Below are positions 1 through 9,802 of a DNA stretch of 64,000 bases, piece by piece. The stretch is from Candidatus Eiseniibacteriota bacterium (lineage in GTDB: Bacteria; Eisenbacteria; RBG-16-71-46; CAIMUX01; VGJL01). The translations under genes were made by a program, and so were the position numbers. The stretch spans positions 320,001 to 384,000 of the forward strand of contig CAWBWI010000006.1 in the NCBI GenBank assembly GCA_963792585.1, read 5' to 3'. The notes beneath the pieces were generated by a model. The model worked only from the letters and a program-made list of their open reading frames with translations, made no database searches and was not told the DNA's origin. The first letter of the stretch is position 1, and the number at the start of each line of letters is the position of its first letter.

Positions 1-402
1 CGGCAGGACGACATCTACTTCGTGACCCAGGATCAGTTCCGCTACACGGCGGCGGTCAACGGGATCATGCTCCGCGAGCGCCCGGCCACGAATTTCTACA
101 TCGGCAAGTTCTACGCGGAGAGCCTCGTGCTCGCTGAGACCGGGAACGTCGCCGGCTCGATCCAGATCGCCGGCACCGACGAAATCACGCAGATCCCGTT
201 CTTCGTCGCCGCCTGCGACTACACCCTGATCGGCGAGGAGCTGTATGCGTCGAGCGCCTACCTGTCCCAGGAGCCACCACTGCTCGGAACGCTGAAGGCG
301 CAGGATTACGGCAAGGCGGTCGGGGCGATCCTGATCGTCGTCGGGGCGGCCATGGCCCTCCTGAACCAGCACTGGTTCGTCAACTTCTTCCAGGTGGAGT
401 AG
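1..402 (+). CDS. DUF6754-type membrane-anchored protein, 5' truncated by window edge
   Basis: Frame is open from base 1. Motifs YAESLVLAETG..GSIQIAGTD..QIPFF.AACDYTLIGEELYA.SAYLS and a C-terminal TM helix resemble the DUF6754 family as recalled. Confidence 0.7.
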   Translation, partial: RQDDIYFVTQDQFRYTAAVNGIMLRERPATNFYIGKFYAESLVLAETGNVAGSIQIAGTDEITQIPFFVAACDYTLIGEELYASSAYLSQEPPLLGTLKAQDYGKAVGAILIVVGAAMALLNQHWFVNFFQVE

Positions 403-411
403 GAGGACGCA

Positions 412-1029
412 ATGCAACGGGAACTGCCGAGAGCGATCACGTTCATCGCGGGGATGTTCCTCGCAATCCAGTACTTCATCCCGCATCGCTACTCCGGGAC
501 GATCTACTCGACGTCGCTCAACTGGGACATCATCATCGGGATCTTCGCCATCATCCTGGGAATCACCAGCTTGATCCACTTCCACCTCAACAAGATCCGG
601 CGCAAGGACGCGGCCTACCAGTACAGCTACGTGTTGCTCGCCGGACTTGCCTTCATGATCCTGGCGGGGACGTTCGGCGGCGCGGAGCGCAACAGCATCT
701 TCCTCCGCTGGGGCTACACGGGCGTCTTGAATCCCGTCTCGTCCACGATGTTCGCACTCCTGGCCTTCTACATCGCGTCCGCCGCCTTCCGGGCGTTTCG
801 CGCGCGGACGGCCATCGCCACGATCCTCCTGGTATCCGCCATCCTCGTCATGCTCGGCCGGGTCCCGGTCGGCGAGGCGATGATTCCGGGGATCGCGCAC
901 GTGTCGGACTGGCTTCTGAACGTCCCGAACATGGCCGCCAAAAGGGCGATCTTCATCGGGCTGGGCCTCGGTGGGAGCGCGACCGCTCTCAAGATCGTGC
1001 TGGGGATCGAAGCCCCGCACCTTCGCTAG
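412..1029 (+). CDS. Conserved hypothetical integral membrane protein (about 6 TM)
   Basis: RBS AGGAGG; hydrophobic helices; motif FALLAFYIASAAFRAFRAR; strong GC3 bias. Confidence 0.8.
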   Translation: MQRELPRAITFIAGMFLAIQYFIPHRYSGTIYSTSLNWDIIIGIFAIILGITSLIHFHLNKIRRKDAAYQYSYVLLAGLAFMILAGTFGGAERNSIFLRWGYTGVLNPVSSTMFALLAFYIASAAFRAFRARTAIATILLVSAILVMLGRVPVGEAMIPGIAHVSDWLLNVPNMAAKRAIFIGLGLGGSATALKIVLGIEAPHLR

Positions 1030-1041
1030 AAGGAGGACGCG

Positions 1042-1866
1042 ATGGCCAGCCGATTCAGCAACGCAGACATCAGCCGGACGATCATCTTCTCATTGATCTT
1101 CCTGTCCGTGCTGATCCCACTGTTCCTCGAGCCCCCGAAGACCGTCCGGGTAACGAACGAGGTCAAGGTCGTGTACGACCGGATCGACTCGCTCCAACCG
1201 GGGCAGATCGTGATGCTCGCCTGTGAGTACGACCCTTCGATGAGCGCGGAGATGTCTCCCATCAACATCGCCGTCCTGCGCCAGTGCTTCGGAAAGAACC
1301 TGCGCGTCCTCACGACCTGCCTGATGTCCAACGGCGTCTCGCTCGTCGAGGGAGAGATGCAGCAGGTCGCCGACGAGTACAAGAAGAAGTACGGCGAGGA
1401 CTACGTCTTCCTCGGATACAAGCCGTACCCGGGGATCGTGATCATGGCGATGGGCGAGGACTTCCGCGTCGCTTTCCCGAGCGACTACTACAACACCCCC
1501 GTCGACGACATCCCGATGATGAAGGGGGTCAAGAACTACCAGAACGTCGCGCTCGTCCTCACCATCAATGCGACCAGCGGCATCGACTACTGGATCACCT
1601 ATGGGCAGGGCCGGTACAAGTTCCCGTTGGCCGCCGCCGCCAGTGCGGTCATGGCGCCCAACTATTACAACTACCTCCAATCGGGCCAGCTCTTCGGCCT
1701 GATCGGAGGGCTGCGCGGCGCCGCCGAGTACGAGCAGTTGATCGATCGGCCGGGCACCGCCGTCCGCGGGATGTTCGTCCAGTCGGTCGCCCACCTCCTG
1801 ATCGTCGGCCTCATCGTAGCGGGCAACGTGACCTACATCATCGAGCGCCGGCGCAGGAAGGGCTAG
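1042..1866 (+). CDS. Conserved hypothetical membrane protein with a soluble alpha/beta domain between N- and C-terminal TM helices
   Basis: RBS AAGGAGG; motifs YGEDYVFLGY and YLQSGQL.GLIGGLRGAAEYE. Confidence 0.8.
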   Translation: MASRFSNADISRTIIFSLIFLSVLIPLFLEPPKTVRVTNEVKVVYDRIDSLQPGQIVMLACEYDPSMSAEMSPINIAVLRQCFGKNLRVLTTCLMSNGVSLVEGEMQQVADEYKKKYGEDYVFLGYKPYPGIVIMAMGEDFRVAFPSDYYNTPVDDIPMMKGVKNYQNVALVLTINATSGIDYWITYGQGRYKFPLAAAASAVMAPNYYNYLQSGQLFGLIGGLRGAAEYEQLIDRPGTAVRGMFVQSVAHLLIVGLIVAGNVTYIIERRRRKG

Positions 1867-1872
1867 AGATCG

Positions 1873-2601
1873 ATGGAACAGCAACTCGTCAACACGTTCG
1901 CCGCGCTCATCACCTTCGCGATCTTCTCCTTCCTCTGGAAGGACAACCCGTTCTACAAGTTCGCGGAGCACCTGGTCGTCGGGGTTTCGGCCGGCTACTG
2001 GGTCATCATCCTCTATCGAACCTCGCTCGTGCCCAAGCTCGTCGATCCGTTGAAGCGCGTGTTCGCCGGATCGAGCGCGGGTGTCGGTGACGTCGCCGGG
2101 TCGATCGCCAGTGTCGGCACTGCCGCCGGACAGCGCGCCAGTATCGGCGACATCCTCGTGTTCATCCCGATGATCCTGGGCCTGCTCCTCTTCACCCGAT
2201 TCGTGCCCAAGGTCGCCTGGGTCTCGCGGATCACCATGGCCTACATCCTGGGCATCGGATCGGGCGCCGCCATCCCGCTGGTCCTTCAGACCAACGTGAT
2301 CCAGCAGATCTATCCGATGATGGCGATGTTCCTGCCGGGACATACCGTCGGAACCTGGGAGTGGGTCACGAACTTCCTCGTGATGGGTGGTGTTCTCTGC
2401 GGTCTCGCCTACTTCTTCTTCTCGGCGCGGCACGAGGGGATCCTCGGAGGGATGTCGAGGGTGGGAATCTGGACCCTGATGATCGGCTTCGGGGCGAGTT
2501 TCGGTTATACGGTGATGAGCCGTATCAGCCTGCTCTACGGGAGGGTCGATTTCCTACTGAACACCTGGGCGAGACCGATCGTCCACTCGCTCTTCGGATA
2601 G
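1873..2601 (+). CDS. Conserved hypothetical integral membrane protein
   Basis: Multi-TM; motifs FSFLWKDNPFYKFAEHLVVGVSAGY and LMIGFGASFGYTVMSR; 6 nt after the previous gene. Confidence 0.8.
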   Translation: MEQQLVNTFAALITFAIFSFLWKDNPFYKFAEHLVVGVSAGYWVIILYRTSLVPKLVDPLKRVFAGSSAGVGDVAGSIASVGTAAGQRASIGDILVFIPMILGLLLFTRFVPKVAWVSRITMAYILGIGSGAAIPLVLQTNVIQQIYPMMAMFLPGHTVGTWEWVTNFLVMGGVLCGLAYFFFSARHEGILGGMSRVGIWTLMIGFGASFGYTVMSRISLLYGRVDFLLNTWARPIVHSLFG

Positions 2602-2611
2602 GGAAAGAGGA

Positions 2612-3220
2612 TCAAGCAGATTCGAGTTCGAGCCGGCGCATCGGCTCGAGGATGAAGGGCACCCAGCTCTCTTTTCGCTGCCCGGCCGGGATCGTCACGC
2701 ACGGAGACCAGGTCGGCTCGCGAGGCTCGCGAATCAACCGGACGCCCGCTTCGGCGAGCGTCCGGTTCGATTTTCGGCGGTTGCATCTTACACAGGAGAG
2801 CACGCAGTTCATCCAGGTCGTCCGCCCGCCCATCGAACGCGGCGTCACGTGGTCGACGGTGAGCTCCTCTATCGGAGGTTTCGCGCCGCAGTACTGACAC
2901 GTGAAGCGGTCGCGTCGGTAGATGTTGCGCCGCGAGAAGCTGACCTTCCGTCGTGGGATTCCCTCGTACTGGCTGAGCAGGAGGATCTCGGGGAGCTTCA
3001 AACGGTAGCGGACGGTCCGGACGCAGGGCTCGTCATCGGGGACACGAAGCTGCGACCAGGATTCGAAGTCGTGGAGACTCGAGTCGTCCGGGTGAACCGC
3101 GCGAGCCGTCTCGCGGACCAGCAGACAAAGGGCCGTGCGGACCGAGGTGGTCCCGACCGCGGTCCAATGCCGATTCAGAACGAGGGCCCGTTCTTCCAGT
3201 ACCTTGGATGGCTGAACCAT
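2612..3220 (-). CDS. HNH endonuclease (McrA-like, HNH_5 type)
   Basis: ALVLN N-terminus; FSRRNIYRRD.FTCQYCG...LTVDHV.PRS.GG.TTW.NCV.SC.RCN.RK; ATG at 3220 preferred over the ORF start at 3280. Confidence 0.9.
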   Translation of the reverse strand: MVQPSKVLEERALVLNRHWTAVGTTSVRTALCLLVRETARAVHPDDSSLHDFESWSQLRVPDDEPCVRTVRYRLKLPEILLLSQYEGIPRRKVSFSRRNIYRRDRFTCQYCGAKPPIEELTVDHVTPRSMGGRTTWMNCVLSCVRCNRRKSNRTLAEAGVRLIREPREPTWSPCVTIPAGQRKESWVPFILEPMRRLELESA

Positions 3221-3355
3221 GTCGCCCCCGAAGCATACCAGAGGCCTCCCGGCGTCGAAAAGAGACTTTCCGTCGGGCAAGCCCGTTCAACCCACATTCG
3301 CCGTCTAGCGATCTGCCGCCTCGCCCGGTAGGATGTCCCGGAAAAGGAAAGGGGC

Positions 3356-5008
3356 GTGGACACGATGAAGGGTCGTTTCGCCGCGACCGTCGGCGGTCAA
3401 GAGATGCGCTGGGACCTGGAGGTCGGGACCCACACGGTGGGGCGGGCTCCGAGTTGCGCGATCGTGCTCCCGGACCCGTCCGTCTCGCGCCTGCACGCGG
3501 AAATTCGCGTCTCCGGAGACGGGATCGAGATCGCCGACTCCGGAAGCCGCAATGGCACGTTCGTGAACGGAGCGCGCATCACCGAGCCCGTTGCCGTGCG
3601 GCAAGGGGACCGCGTCCGTCTGGGCAGCGTCGATGGTTCCGTGAGCGGCGTCGATCTGCCCCCGCCGCAGGAGCCGGCGATGCACACGATCTTCTCCGCC
3701 GCTCCCGCGCTCCGCACCTCGGCGCGCATGACATGGGACGCCATGACCGCGGAATCGGAGCAGACCGCCGCGGCCGAGCGCCTGCTCTTCCGAGCGCTGA
3801 CCGAGGCGGGTCAGATGCTCGTGCGGCCGCGGCCGCTCGACGAGGTCTTCGATTCCGTTCTCGACCTGGTCACGCGGACCATCACCGCCCGAAGGGTCCT
3901 CCTTCTGCTGAAGGAACACCCGGACAAGGATCCGGTCGTGCGGGCTGCGCGCCCCGCGGGCTTGGGCGCCCATGAGCGGATCATGCTCAGCTCGACCATC
4001 GTCGAGGGAGTTCTGACCGGCCGCGAGTCCCTGCTCGTCACCGATGCGCTCGAGGATCCCCGTTTCCGCGCACAGGAGAGCATCGTCCTTTCGAACGTCC
4101 GCTCGGCGATGGTCGCCCCCCTCTTCGACAACGAGAACGTGCTCGGACTGATCTACGCGGACACGGACGACCCGCTGGTCCGCTACGACTCGGACCAGCT
4201 CCGAGCCTTCACGATGCTCGCCAACCTGATTGCCGTGAAGATCACCAACACCCGCCTCCTCCAGGATCAGCGGGTGAAGGAACGGATGGAACAGGAGATG
4301 GCGACCGCGGCGATGATCCAGCGCAACCTGCTGCCCGCGGAACTGCCCGAGACGCCGGGCTACGAGGTTTTCGCGAGACAGGACTCCTGCCTCGAGGTCG
4401 CGGGGGACCTCTATGACGCCAGCCGCTTCTCCGATGGCAGCCTGTGCGTCGTGGTCGGCGACGTGAGCGGAAAGGGGATGGGCGCCGCCCTCCTGATGTC
4501 CCACACGATGTCGGCGCTCCGCCTCCTGTACGAGGACAGCGTGCCCCCCGCGCTCCTGGTCGAACGGGTCCACAAGCAGGTCTTGCGGTGGTCCGACGCC
4601 CGGAGCTACCTCACCCTCTTCCTGGGCCGCCTCGATCCGGCCAGCGGGCGGATCGACTACGTCAATGCGGGCCACAATCCCCCGCTCTTGTTCGCCGCGG
4701 ACGGTTCGGTCTCCCAGCTCGATCCCACAGGCATGCCGGTGGGGCTGATGGCGGGGGCGACGTTCGAGACGGCAACCGTGACGATTCCCCCGGGCGGACT
4801 CCTCGCGATCTTCTCGGACGGAATCCCCGAAGCGCATACCGACGAAGAGGAGTTCGGCGACGAGCGACTCTGTGAGGAACTGCGGGCGCGCAGGCACCTG
4901 CCTCTCGCCGAGGTGACCGAGGGGGTGCTCGATGAGGTCCGCCGTTTCCTCGGCGATTCTCCGCCGACCGATGACATCACGCTCTTCCTACTTCGCCGCC
5001 GCGCATGA
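3356..5008 (+). CDS. FHA-GAF-SpoIIE (PP2C) protein phosphatase
   Basis: FHA: GR..C.I...D.SVSRLHA...D.GSRNGTFVNG; GAF: RSAMVAPL..LGLIYAD; PP2C: AGDLYD, GDVSGKG, NAGH, FSDGI.E, DDIT. Confidence 0.93.
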   Translation: MDTMKGRFAATVGGQEMRWDLEVGTHTVGRAPSCAIVLPDPSVSRLHAEIRVSGDGIEIADSGSRNGTFVNGARITEPVAVRQGDRVRLGSVDGSVSGVDLPPPQEPAMHTIFSAAPALRTSARMTWDAMTAESEQTAAAERLLFRALTEAGQMLVRPRPLDEVFDSVLDLVTRTITARRVLLLLKEHPDKDPVVRAARPAGLGAHERIMLSSTIVEGVLTGRESLLVTDALEDPRFRAQESIVLSNVRSAMVAPLFDNENVLGLIYADTDDPLVRYDSDQLRAFTMLANLIAVKITNTRLLQDQRVKERMEQEMATAAMIQRNLLPAELPETPGYEVFARQDSCLEVAGDLYDASRFSDGSLCVVVGDVSGKGMGAALLMSHTMSALRLLYEDSVPPALLVERVHKQVLRWSDARSYLTLFLGRLDPASGRIDYVNAGHNPPLLFAADGSVSQLDPTGMPVGLMAGATFETATVTIPPGGLLAIFSDGIPEAHTDEEEFGDERLCEELRARRHLPLAEVTEGVLDEVRRFLGDSPPTDDITLFLLRRRA

Positions 5009-5189
5009 TGGGCGCAACGGCCGCCGTTCGCCGATTCGCTGCCCGATCATGTCTCGGGCGCGCGACGCCCGCGCATCATGCGCGCCCGGTCCCATTCTTG
5101 ACCCTCCCGCGACGGCTGTGGCAGACTGACCAGTTCTTCCACGTCCCCCCCGATTTGCATGGATTGCCGGATCCGAAGGAGCGCTGCGC

Positions 5190-7538
5190 ATGAGCAGGGT
5201 CGAAGAGATCTGCCGCGAGGTGAGCGGCCACTATCGTCACTGGGACAAGGTCGCCGACCTGATCGACCAGAACATCGACATGATGCTGAACTACCGCCAG
5301 AGCGGCCACCCGGGCGGTTCGCGCTCGAAGGTGCACGCTTTCGTGGCGACGCTGCTCGGGGACGTGATGCGCTGGGACCCGCGACGTCCGGAGAAGCGAT
5401 TCGGCGACCGGTTCGTTCTCGTCGCCGGCCACACCGCGCCGCTCGTCTACGCGACCTTGCCGGTCCTGAACGAGGCGTTACGGGTCAAGCACGCGCAGAC
5501 GGGCGATCCACGCTACGCGATCGCCGACGAGACGGAGCGCGCCCTCTACTGGGAGGACCTGCTCGGCTTCCGTCGCCACGGCGGCCTTCCCGGACACGCC
5601 GAGATGGAGGGCAAGACCCTCTTCTTCAAGTTCAATACCGGTCCGTCCGGTCATGGGAGCCCCGCGGCCGCCGGCCAGGCGATGGCGCTCAAACGCGCCG
5701 GCGCCTCCGGGGTGCGCGTCTTCGCCTTCGAGGGCGAAGGAGGACTCACGACGGGCGCCTCCCACGAGACGAAGAACTCGGCATGGGGTCTCGGTCTGGA
5801 CAATCTCGTCTACGTCGTCGACTGGAACGACTTCGGCATCGACGAGCACACCGTGTCGAGCGTCGTCCACGGCACTCCGGAGGACTGGTTCCGCCCTTAC
5901 GGTTGGCGCGTTCTCGGCACCGAGCACGGCAGCGACTTCGCTCATGTGCATCCCCTCCTCGTCGACGCCGTCCACGGTGAGAATCCGGGCGTGCCGACCG
6001 TCGTCTGGGTCAAGACGCGCAAGGGGCGCGGATATCTCAAGTACGACGAGAAGAGCCATGGCTCGCCGCACAGCCCGCCCAACTGCGAGCTCTACTGGGA
6101 GACGAAGCGGCCGTTCGCCGAGAAGTACGGCGTCGATTTCGAGGGATTCGGACAGCCCGCGCCGAAGGATCCGGCGGATTTCCGCAAGCAGGTCGAGACG
6201 AACCTCCGCAAGGTGGCGGAGGTCCTTCACCGTGACCAGGAGCTGGTCGACTATCTCGCAGCCACCCTCACGCGAATCGGCGATTCCGTTCCCGCCGAGA
6301 TCCCGGGCTACCGGCTCAACGCGCGGCGCACGCCGATCGGCGATCCGAAGCTGACCGACTTCCGCTCCTATCCCGAGTCGATCTGGGCGAAACCGGGAGA
6401 AAAGCAGCCGAACCGTGCGGCCCTGAGCAAGTGGGGCGCCTGGGTGAACACGCACTGCCGGAAGGAATACGGACGCCCCCTCTTCTTGGCCATGTCGGCC
6501 GATCTCGCGGGATCGACGAACATCGCCGGCTTCGCCGATGGATGGGACGGGAACCCCGGATGGGGTTGGTACGACCGATCCAAGAACCCGGAGGGAGCGC
6601 TCCTGCCCCAGGAGATCACCGAGTTCACGAACGCGGGAGTCACCGTCGGGATCGCGTCGGTGAACCTCGCGGAGAAGCCGTACGAGGAGTTCGACGGCTT
6701 CTACGCCGCGTGCTCGACTTATGGGAGCTTCTCGTACCTGAAGTACGGCCCGATGCGCCTCTTCAGTCAGCTGGCGCAGGACTGTCCGATCAAGGTCGGT
6801 AAGGTCCTCTGGATCGCGGGACACTCGGGACCCGAGACGGCCGACGACAGTCGCACCCACTTCGGCATCTTCGAGCCGGGGGTCACGCAGCTCTTCCCCG
6901 ACGGGCGCGTTTGCGACCTGCACCCTTGGGAGTACAACGAGGTGCCGGTCGTTCTCGCCGCGGCGCTCGCCTCCCCCGCGCCGATCGTCGCCCTCCACCT
7001 GACGCGACCGCCCGTGACGATTCCCGATCGCGCGGCGCTGGGCATGGGACACCACTTCGAGGCCGCCCGCGGGGCCTACCTGATCCGCGACTACAAGGCG
7101 GGTCAGAAACCGATGGGGTGCATTCTCGTCCAGGGGACCATGACGACCGCCAACGTCGTTTCCCTGTTGCCCGAGCTGGATCGCTCCGGCCTGAACGTGA
7201 AGCTCGTTGCCGCGGTGAGCCCGCAGCTCTTCGCCTGGCAGGACGCGGAGTATCGCGAACGAATCCTGCCCATCGCCGACCGGATCGACGCGACGTACAT
7301 CAGCAACCGGAGCCGGCGTCTCATGCACGACTGGACCCTGCACCGGATCTGCGACGAGTACGCGATGACATCCGACTACGATGACCGTTGGCGGACGGGC
7401 GGGACGCTCGACGAGGTGATCGAGGAAGCGCACCTCTCACCGCCACACCTGCTGGCCGGGATCGAGCGCTTCGTCCGCGAACGCGGGAAGCGGCTCGGAA
7501 GCCTGCGGGCAATGCTGGAGGCGGCAGAGCGCCGGTAA
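5190..7538 (+). CDS. tkt: Transketolase-family TPP enzyme (long, divergent)
   Basis: SGHPGGS, DRFVLVAGH, LPGHAE, NTGPSGHG, TPP motif GEG...DWN, SADLAGST, HSGPET.DDSRTH. Confidence 0.85.
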   Translation: MSRVEEICREVSGHYRHWDKVADLIDQNIDMMLNYRQSGHPGGSRSKVHAFVATLLGDVMRWDPRRPEKRFGDRFVLVAGHTAPLVYATLPVLNEALRVKHAQTGDPRYAIADETERALYWEDLLGFRRHGGLPGHAEMEGKTLFFKFNTGPSGHGSPAAAGQAMALKRAGASGVRVFAFEGEGGLTTGASHETKNSAWGLGLDNLVYVVDWNDFGIDEHTVSSVVHGTPEDWFRPYGWRVLGTEHGSDFAHVHPLLVDAVHGENPGVPTVVWVKTRKGRGYLKYDEKSHGSPHSPPNCELYWETKRPFAEKYGVDFEGFGQPAPKDPADFRKQVETNLRKVAEVLHRDQELVDYLAATLTRIGDSVPAEIPGYRLNARRTPIGDPKLTDFRSYPESIWAKPGEKQPNRAALSKWGAWVNTHCRKEYGRPLFLAMSADLAGSTNIAGFADGWDGNPGWGWYDRSKNPEGALLPQEITEFTNAGVTVGIASVNLAEKPYEEFDGFYAACSTYGSFSYLKYGPMRLFSQLAQDCPIKVGKVLWIAGHSGPETADDSRTHFGIFEPGVTQLFPDGRVCDLHPWEYNEVPVVLAAALASPAPIVALHLTRPPVTIPDRAALGMGHHFEAARGAYLIRDYKAGQKPMGCILVQGTMTTANVVSLLPELDRSGLNVKLVAAVSPQLFAWQDAEYRERILPIADRIDATYISNRSRRLMHDWTLHRICDEYAMTSDYDDRWRTGGTLDEVIEEAHLSPPHLLAGIERFVRERGKRLGSLRAMLEAAERR

Positions 7539-7559
7539 CATACGCGATTTTCGGCGGTT

Positions 7560-7599
7560 TCGACCCACTTCCGGATCGGCGGTGGGTCGATTTTTCTTC
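7560..7599 (+). terminator. Rho-independent terminator after transketolase
   Basis: Stem TCGACCCAC / GTGGGTCGA followed by TTTTTCTT. Confidence 0.75.
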
Positions 7600-7640
7600 T
7601 ACAACACATCCCATTACATCTATAATCCTAATGTTTTCAG
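7600..7640 (+). promoter_or_regulatory. AT-rich promoter region with a TATAAT -10 box
   Basis: Perfect TATAAT at 7621-7626 in a rare AT-rich patch, about 80 bp upstream of the ATG at 7705. Confidence 0.5.
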
Positions 7641-7704
7641 TTCGTCACCGCATTTTCGTGGCATCCGCAGCATCCGCGGAATCGATCGAACAAGGGGGAT
7701 CCTC

Positions 7705-9705
7705 ATGAGGCTTCCAGTCACCTTCCTGCTACTCGCCTTCCTTCTGACACCAGCCGCCATGGCGCAGGTGCCTAGAGGGGCCATCGCGGAGGATTGCACG
7801 GCGACCTGGTGCACCTACTGCCCATTCGCGTACCAAGGGCTCGAGGTGATGAAGAGCCGGTACGACTCCAACGAGTTCACCTCCGTGCGTCTCTATGCGA
7901 CGAGCGGCGGTCTCGGCACGGCCGAGGTGATGAACAGGATCAACTGGTACGCCATTTCCGGGTATCCCACCGTCTACTTCGACGGCGGCTATCCGGTGGT
8001 GGGCGGTTCCACCTACATCGCGACCGGCGCGGCTTACGATCCGATCGTTGCCGGAGAGATCGCGCGGCCTTCTCCCCTGGCGATCCGGATCGCAGACGTC
8101 GATCTGGTGCAGCCCGACGGCTCGATCAGCATCGACGTGACGGTGTCCGAGACGATGGCCGACATCGGCAACATGAAGATCCGGATCTTCATCATGGAAA
8201 ACAACCTGACCTATCAGGGAACGACCTACACCGATGTGACGCGCGACATCCTCCCTGATCAGGCGCTCGCGGTGTCCCAGGCCGGTCAGATCCAGCATCT
8301 GTCGCTCAACTTCGCCGTCGACCCGACCTGGAAGCCGAACGACCTGTGGGCGGTCGCCTTCATTCAGGACGACGACGACAAGACGATCATCCAGGCGGAG
8401 AGCACGCGCACGAAGCCGGCCTATTCCCCGCGCTTCTGGGCCAAGGGACCCCGTTCCGCGGTCGGCCCGGATCTTGGCGCCTACCAGTTCGAGGACTTCG
8501 CCGTGTTCAACATGGGCACCAGCAGCGATCAGATCACCGTCCAGGTCGAGACCGTCGGCCAGACTCCGGGGTGGCTCACGATGCTCACCGACGGAACGAG
8601 TGACTTCATGAGCAAGACCTTCACCCTCGCGCCAGGGCAGTCCCGGATCCTGCGGATGAAGGTCCATCCGAACGGCCCCGGCTATGCGCACGTCAACGCC
8701 TTGATCACCAGCTCCCATCTCATCGGTTGGTCCCGGAGGATCGGCTACACGCTCACGTCGGACAACGTGAAGGTCCTCGTGGTCAAGGACGATGGCGGCG
8801 ACGGGTTCGAGAACTACTACATCGATGCCCTGGGCGCCTTCCCGACGACCTACGGACTGTGGAATGCGGGTTACGCCGACGTTACCGCGGCGGACCTGGC
8901 GAACTTCCCGGTGGTGATCTGGGAGTGCGGTATGTCATATCCGACGCTCGGCCCCGCCGATCGGGCCGCGCTGGGCGCCTATCTCGACGGCGGCGGCAAG
9001 CTATTCGTCAACGGGCAGGAGATCGGGTGGGAGGTCAATGATACCGGCGGAGATGCGCTCGCCTGGTACCACCAGTATCTCCATGCCAACTTCGTGCTCG
9101 ACGACACCAACGTCTATACATTGACCGGCGTCACGGGCGACCCCATCTCGAACGGGATGACGCTGTCGATTCAGGGGGGCGACGGGGCCAACAACCAGGA
9201 GTATCCCGACGCCATCGCGCCGTACGACGCGGCAGCATCGATCATCTTCACGTACAACACCACCTACAAGGGCGGTCTCAAGGTCGACACGGGCGTCTAC
9301 AAGGTCGTCTACCTCGGCTTCGGCTACGAGGCGATCAGCACGCAGGCCAACCGCCGCCTTCTCATGGCGCGGATCCTTCAGTGGTTCGACGTGCAGCCGA
9401 TGGACGCGCCGGAGACCGAGACGCTCACGGCCACGACCGAGCTTCGGTCGTTCCCGAACCCAACGGCCGGGGAGACGGCCATCCACTTCTCTCTCGCGAA
9501 GGCCGGAGCCGCCGAGATCCGGATCTATGCCCCGGACGGCTCCCTCGTCCGCACGTTGGTCGACGCCTCGCGCTCCGCGGGCGAAGGATCCGTTCGCTGG
9601 GACGGCCGCGCGGACAACGGGACGCTCGCCGGTTCCGGTGTCTATCTGGTCCGCATGAATGCGGGCGGGGTGATTCGCACGGAGAAGGTCATCCTCACAC
9701 GCTAA
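7705..9705 (+). CDS. Secreted Omp28-related thioredoxin-like protein with C-terminal FlgD-Ig/T9SS-like domain
   Basis: Signal peptide; CTATWCTYCP; ISGYPTVYFDG; VAFIQDD; C-terminal FPNP...VRTL...WDGR...SGVYLVR. Confidence 0.85.
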   Translation: MRLPVTFLLLAFLLTPAAMAQVPRGAIAEDCTATWCTYCPFAYQGLEVMKSRYDSNEFTSVRLYATSGGLGTAEVMNRINWYAISGYPTVYFDGGYPVVGGSTYIATGAAYDPIVAGEIARPSPLAIRIADVDLVQPDGSISIDVTVSETMADIGNMKIRIFIMENNLTYQGTTYTDVTRDILPDQALAVSQAGQIQHLSLNFAVDPTWKPNDLWAVAFIQDDDDKTIIQAESTRTKPAYSPRFWAKGPRSAVGPDLGAYQFEDFAVFNMGTSSDQITVQVETVGQTPGWLTMLTDGTSDFMSKTFTLAPGQSRILRMKVHPNGPGYAHVNALITSSHLIGWSRRIGYTLTSDNVKVLVVKDDGGDGFENYYIDALGAFPTTYGLWNAGYADVTAADLANFPVVIWECGMSYPTLGPADRAALGAYLDGGGKLFVNGQEIGWEVNDTGGDALAWYHQYLHANFVLDDTNVYTLTGVTGDPISNGMTLSIQGGDGANNQEYPDAIAPYDAAASIIFTYNTTYKGGLKVDTGVYKVVYLGFGYEAISTQANRRLLMARILQWFDVQPMDAPETETLTATTELRSFPNPTAGETAIHFSLAKAGAAEIRIYAPDGSLVRTLVDASRSAGEGSVRWDGRADNGTLAGSGVYLVRMNAGGVIRTEKVILTR

Positions 9706-9728
9706 GCATCGATCCTGCCGCGATGGCA

Positions 9729-9767
9729 ACAATCCCGTCCCGGGTCGTACGACCGGGGCGGGATTGT
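9729..9767. terminator. Hairpin between convergent genes (probable bidirectional terminator)
   Basis: Imperfect inverted repeat ACAATCCCGTCCCGGGTCGT / ACGACCGGGGCGGGATTGT. Confidence 0.6.
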
Positions 9768-9802
9768 CCTGTGTCGGGGCAGCCTCGCCGGGATCCGGGG
9801 CC

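Noticed and set aside
2612..3220. HNH nuclease as part of a defence or mobile system
   Set aside because: Common stand-alone McrA-like family; no adjacent methylase, repeats or intron context, and 55 kb from the orphan MTase
7777..7830. Selenocysteine recoding in the thioredoxin-like motif
   Set aside because: All three Cys codons are TGC; there is no in-frame TGA
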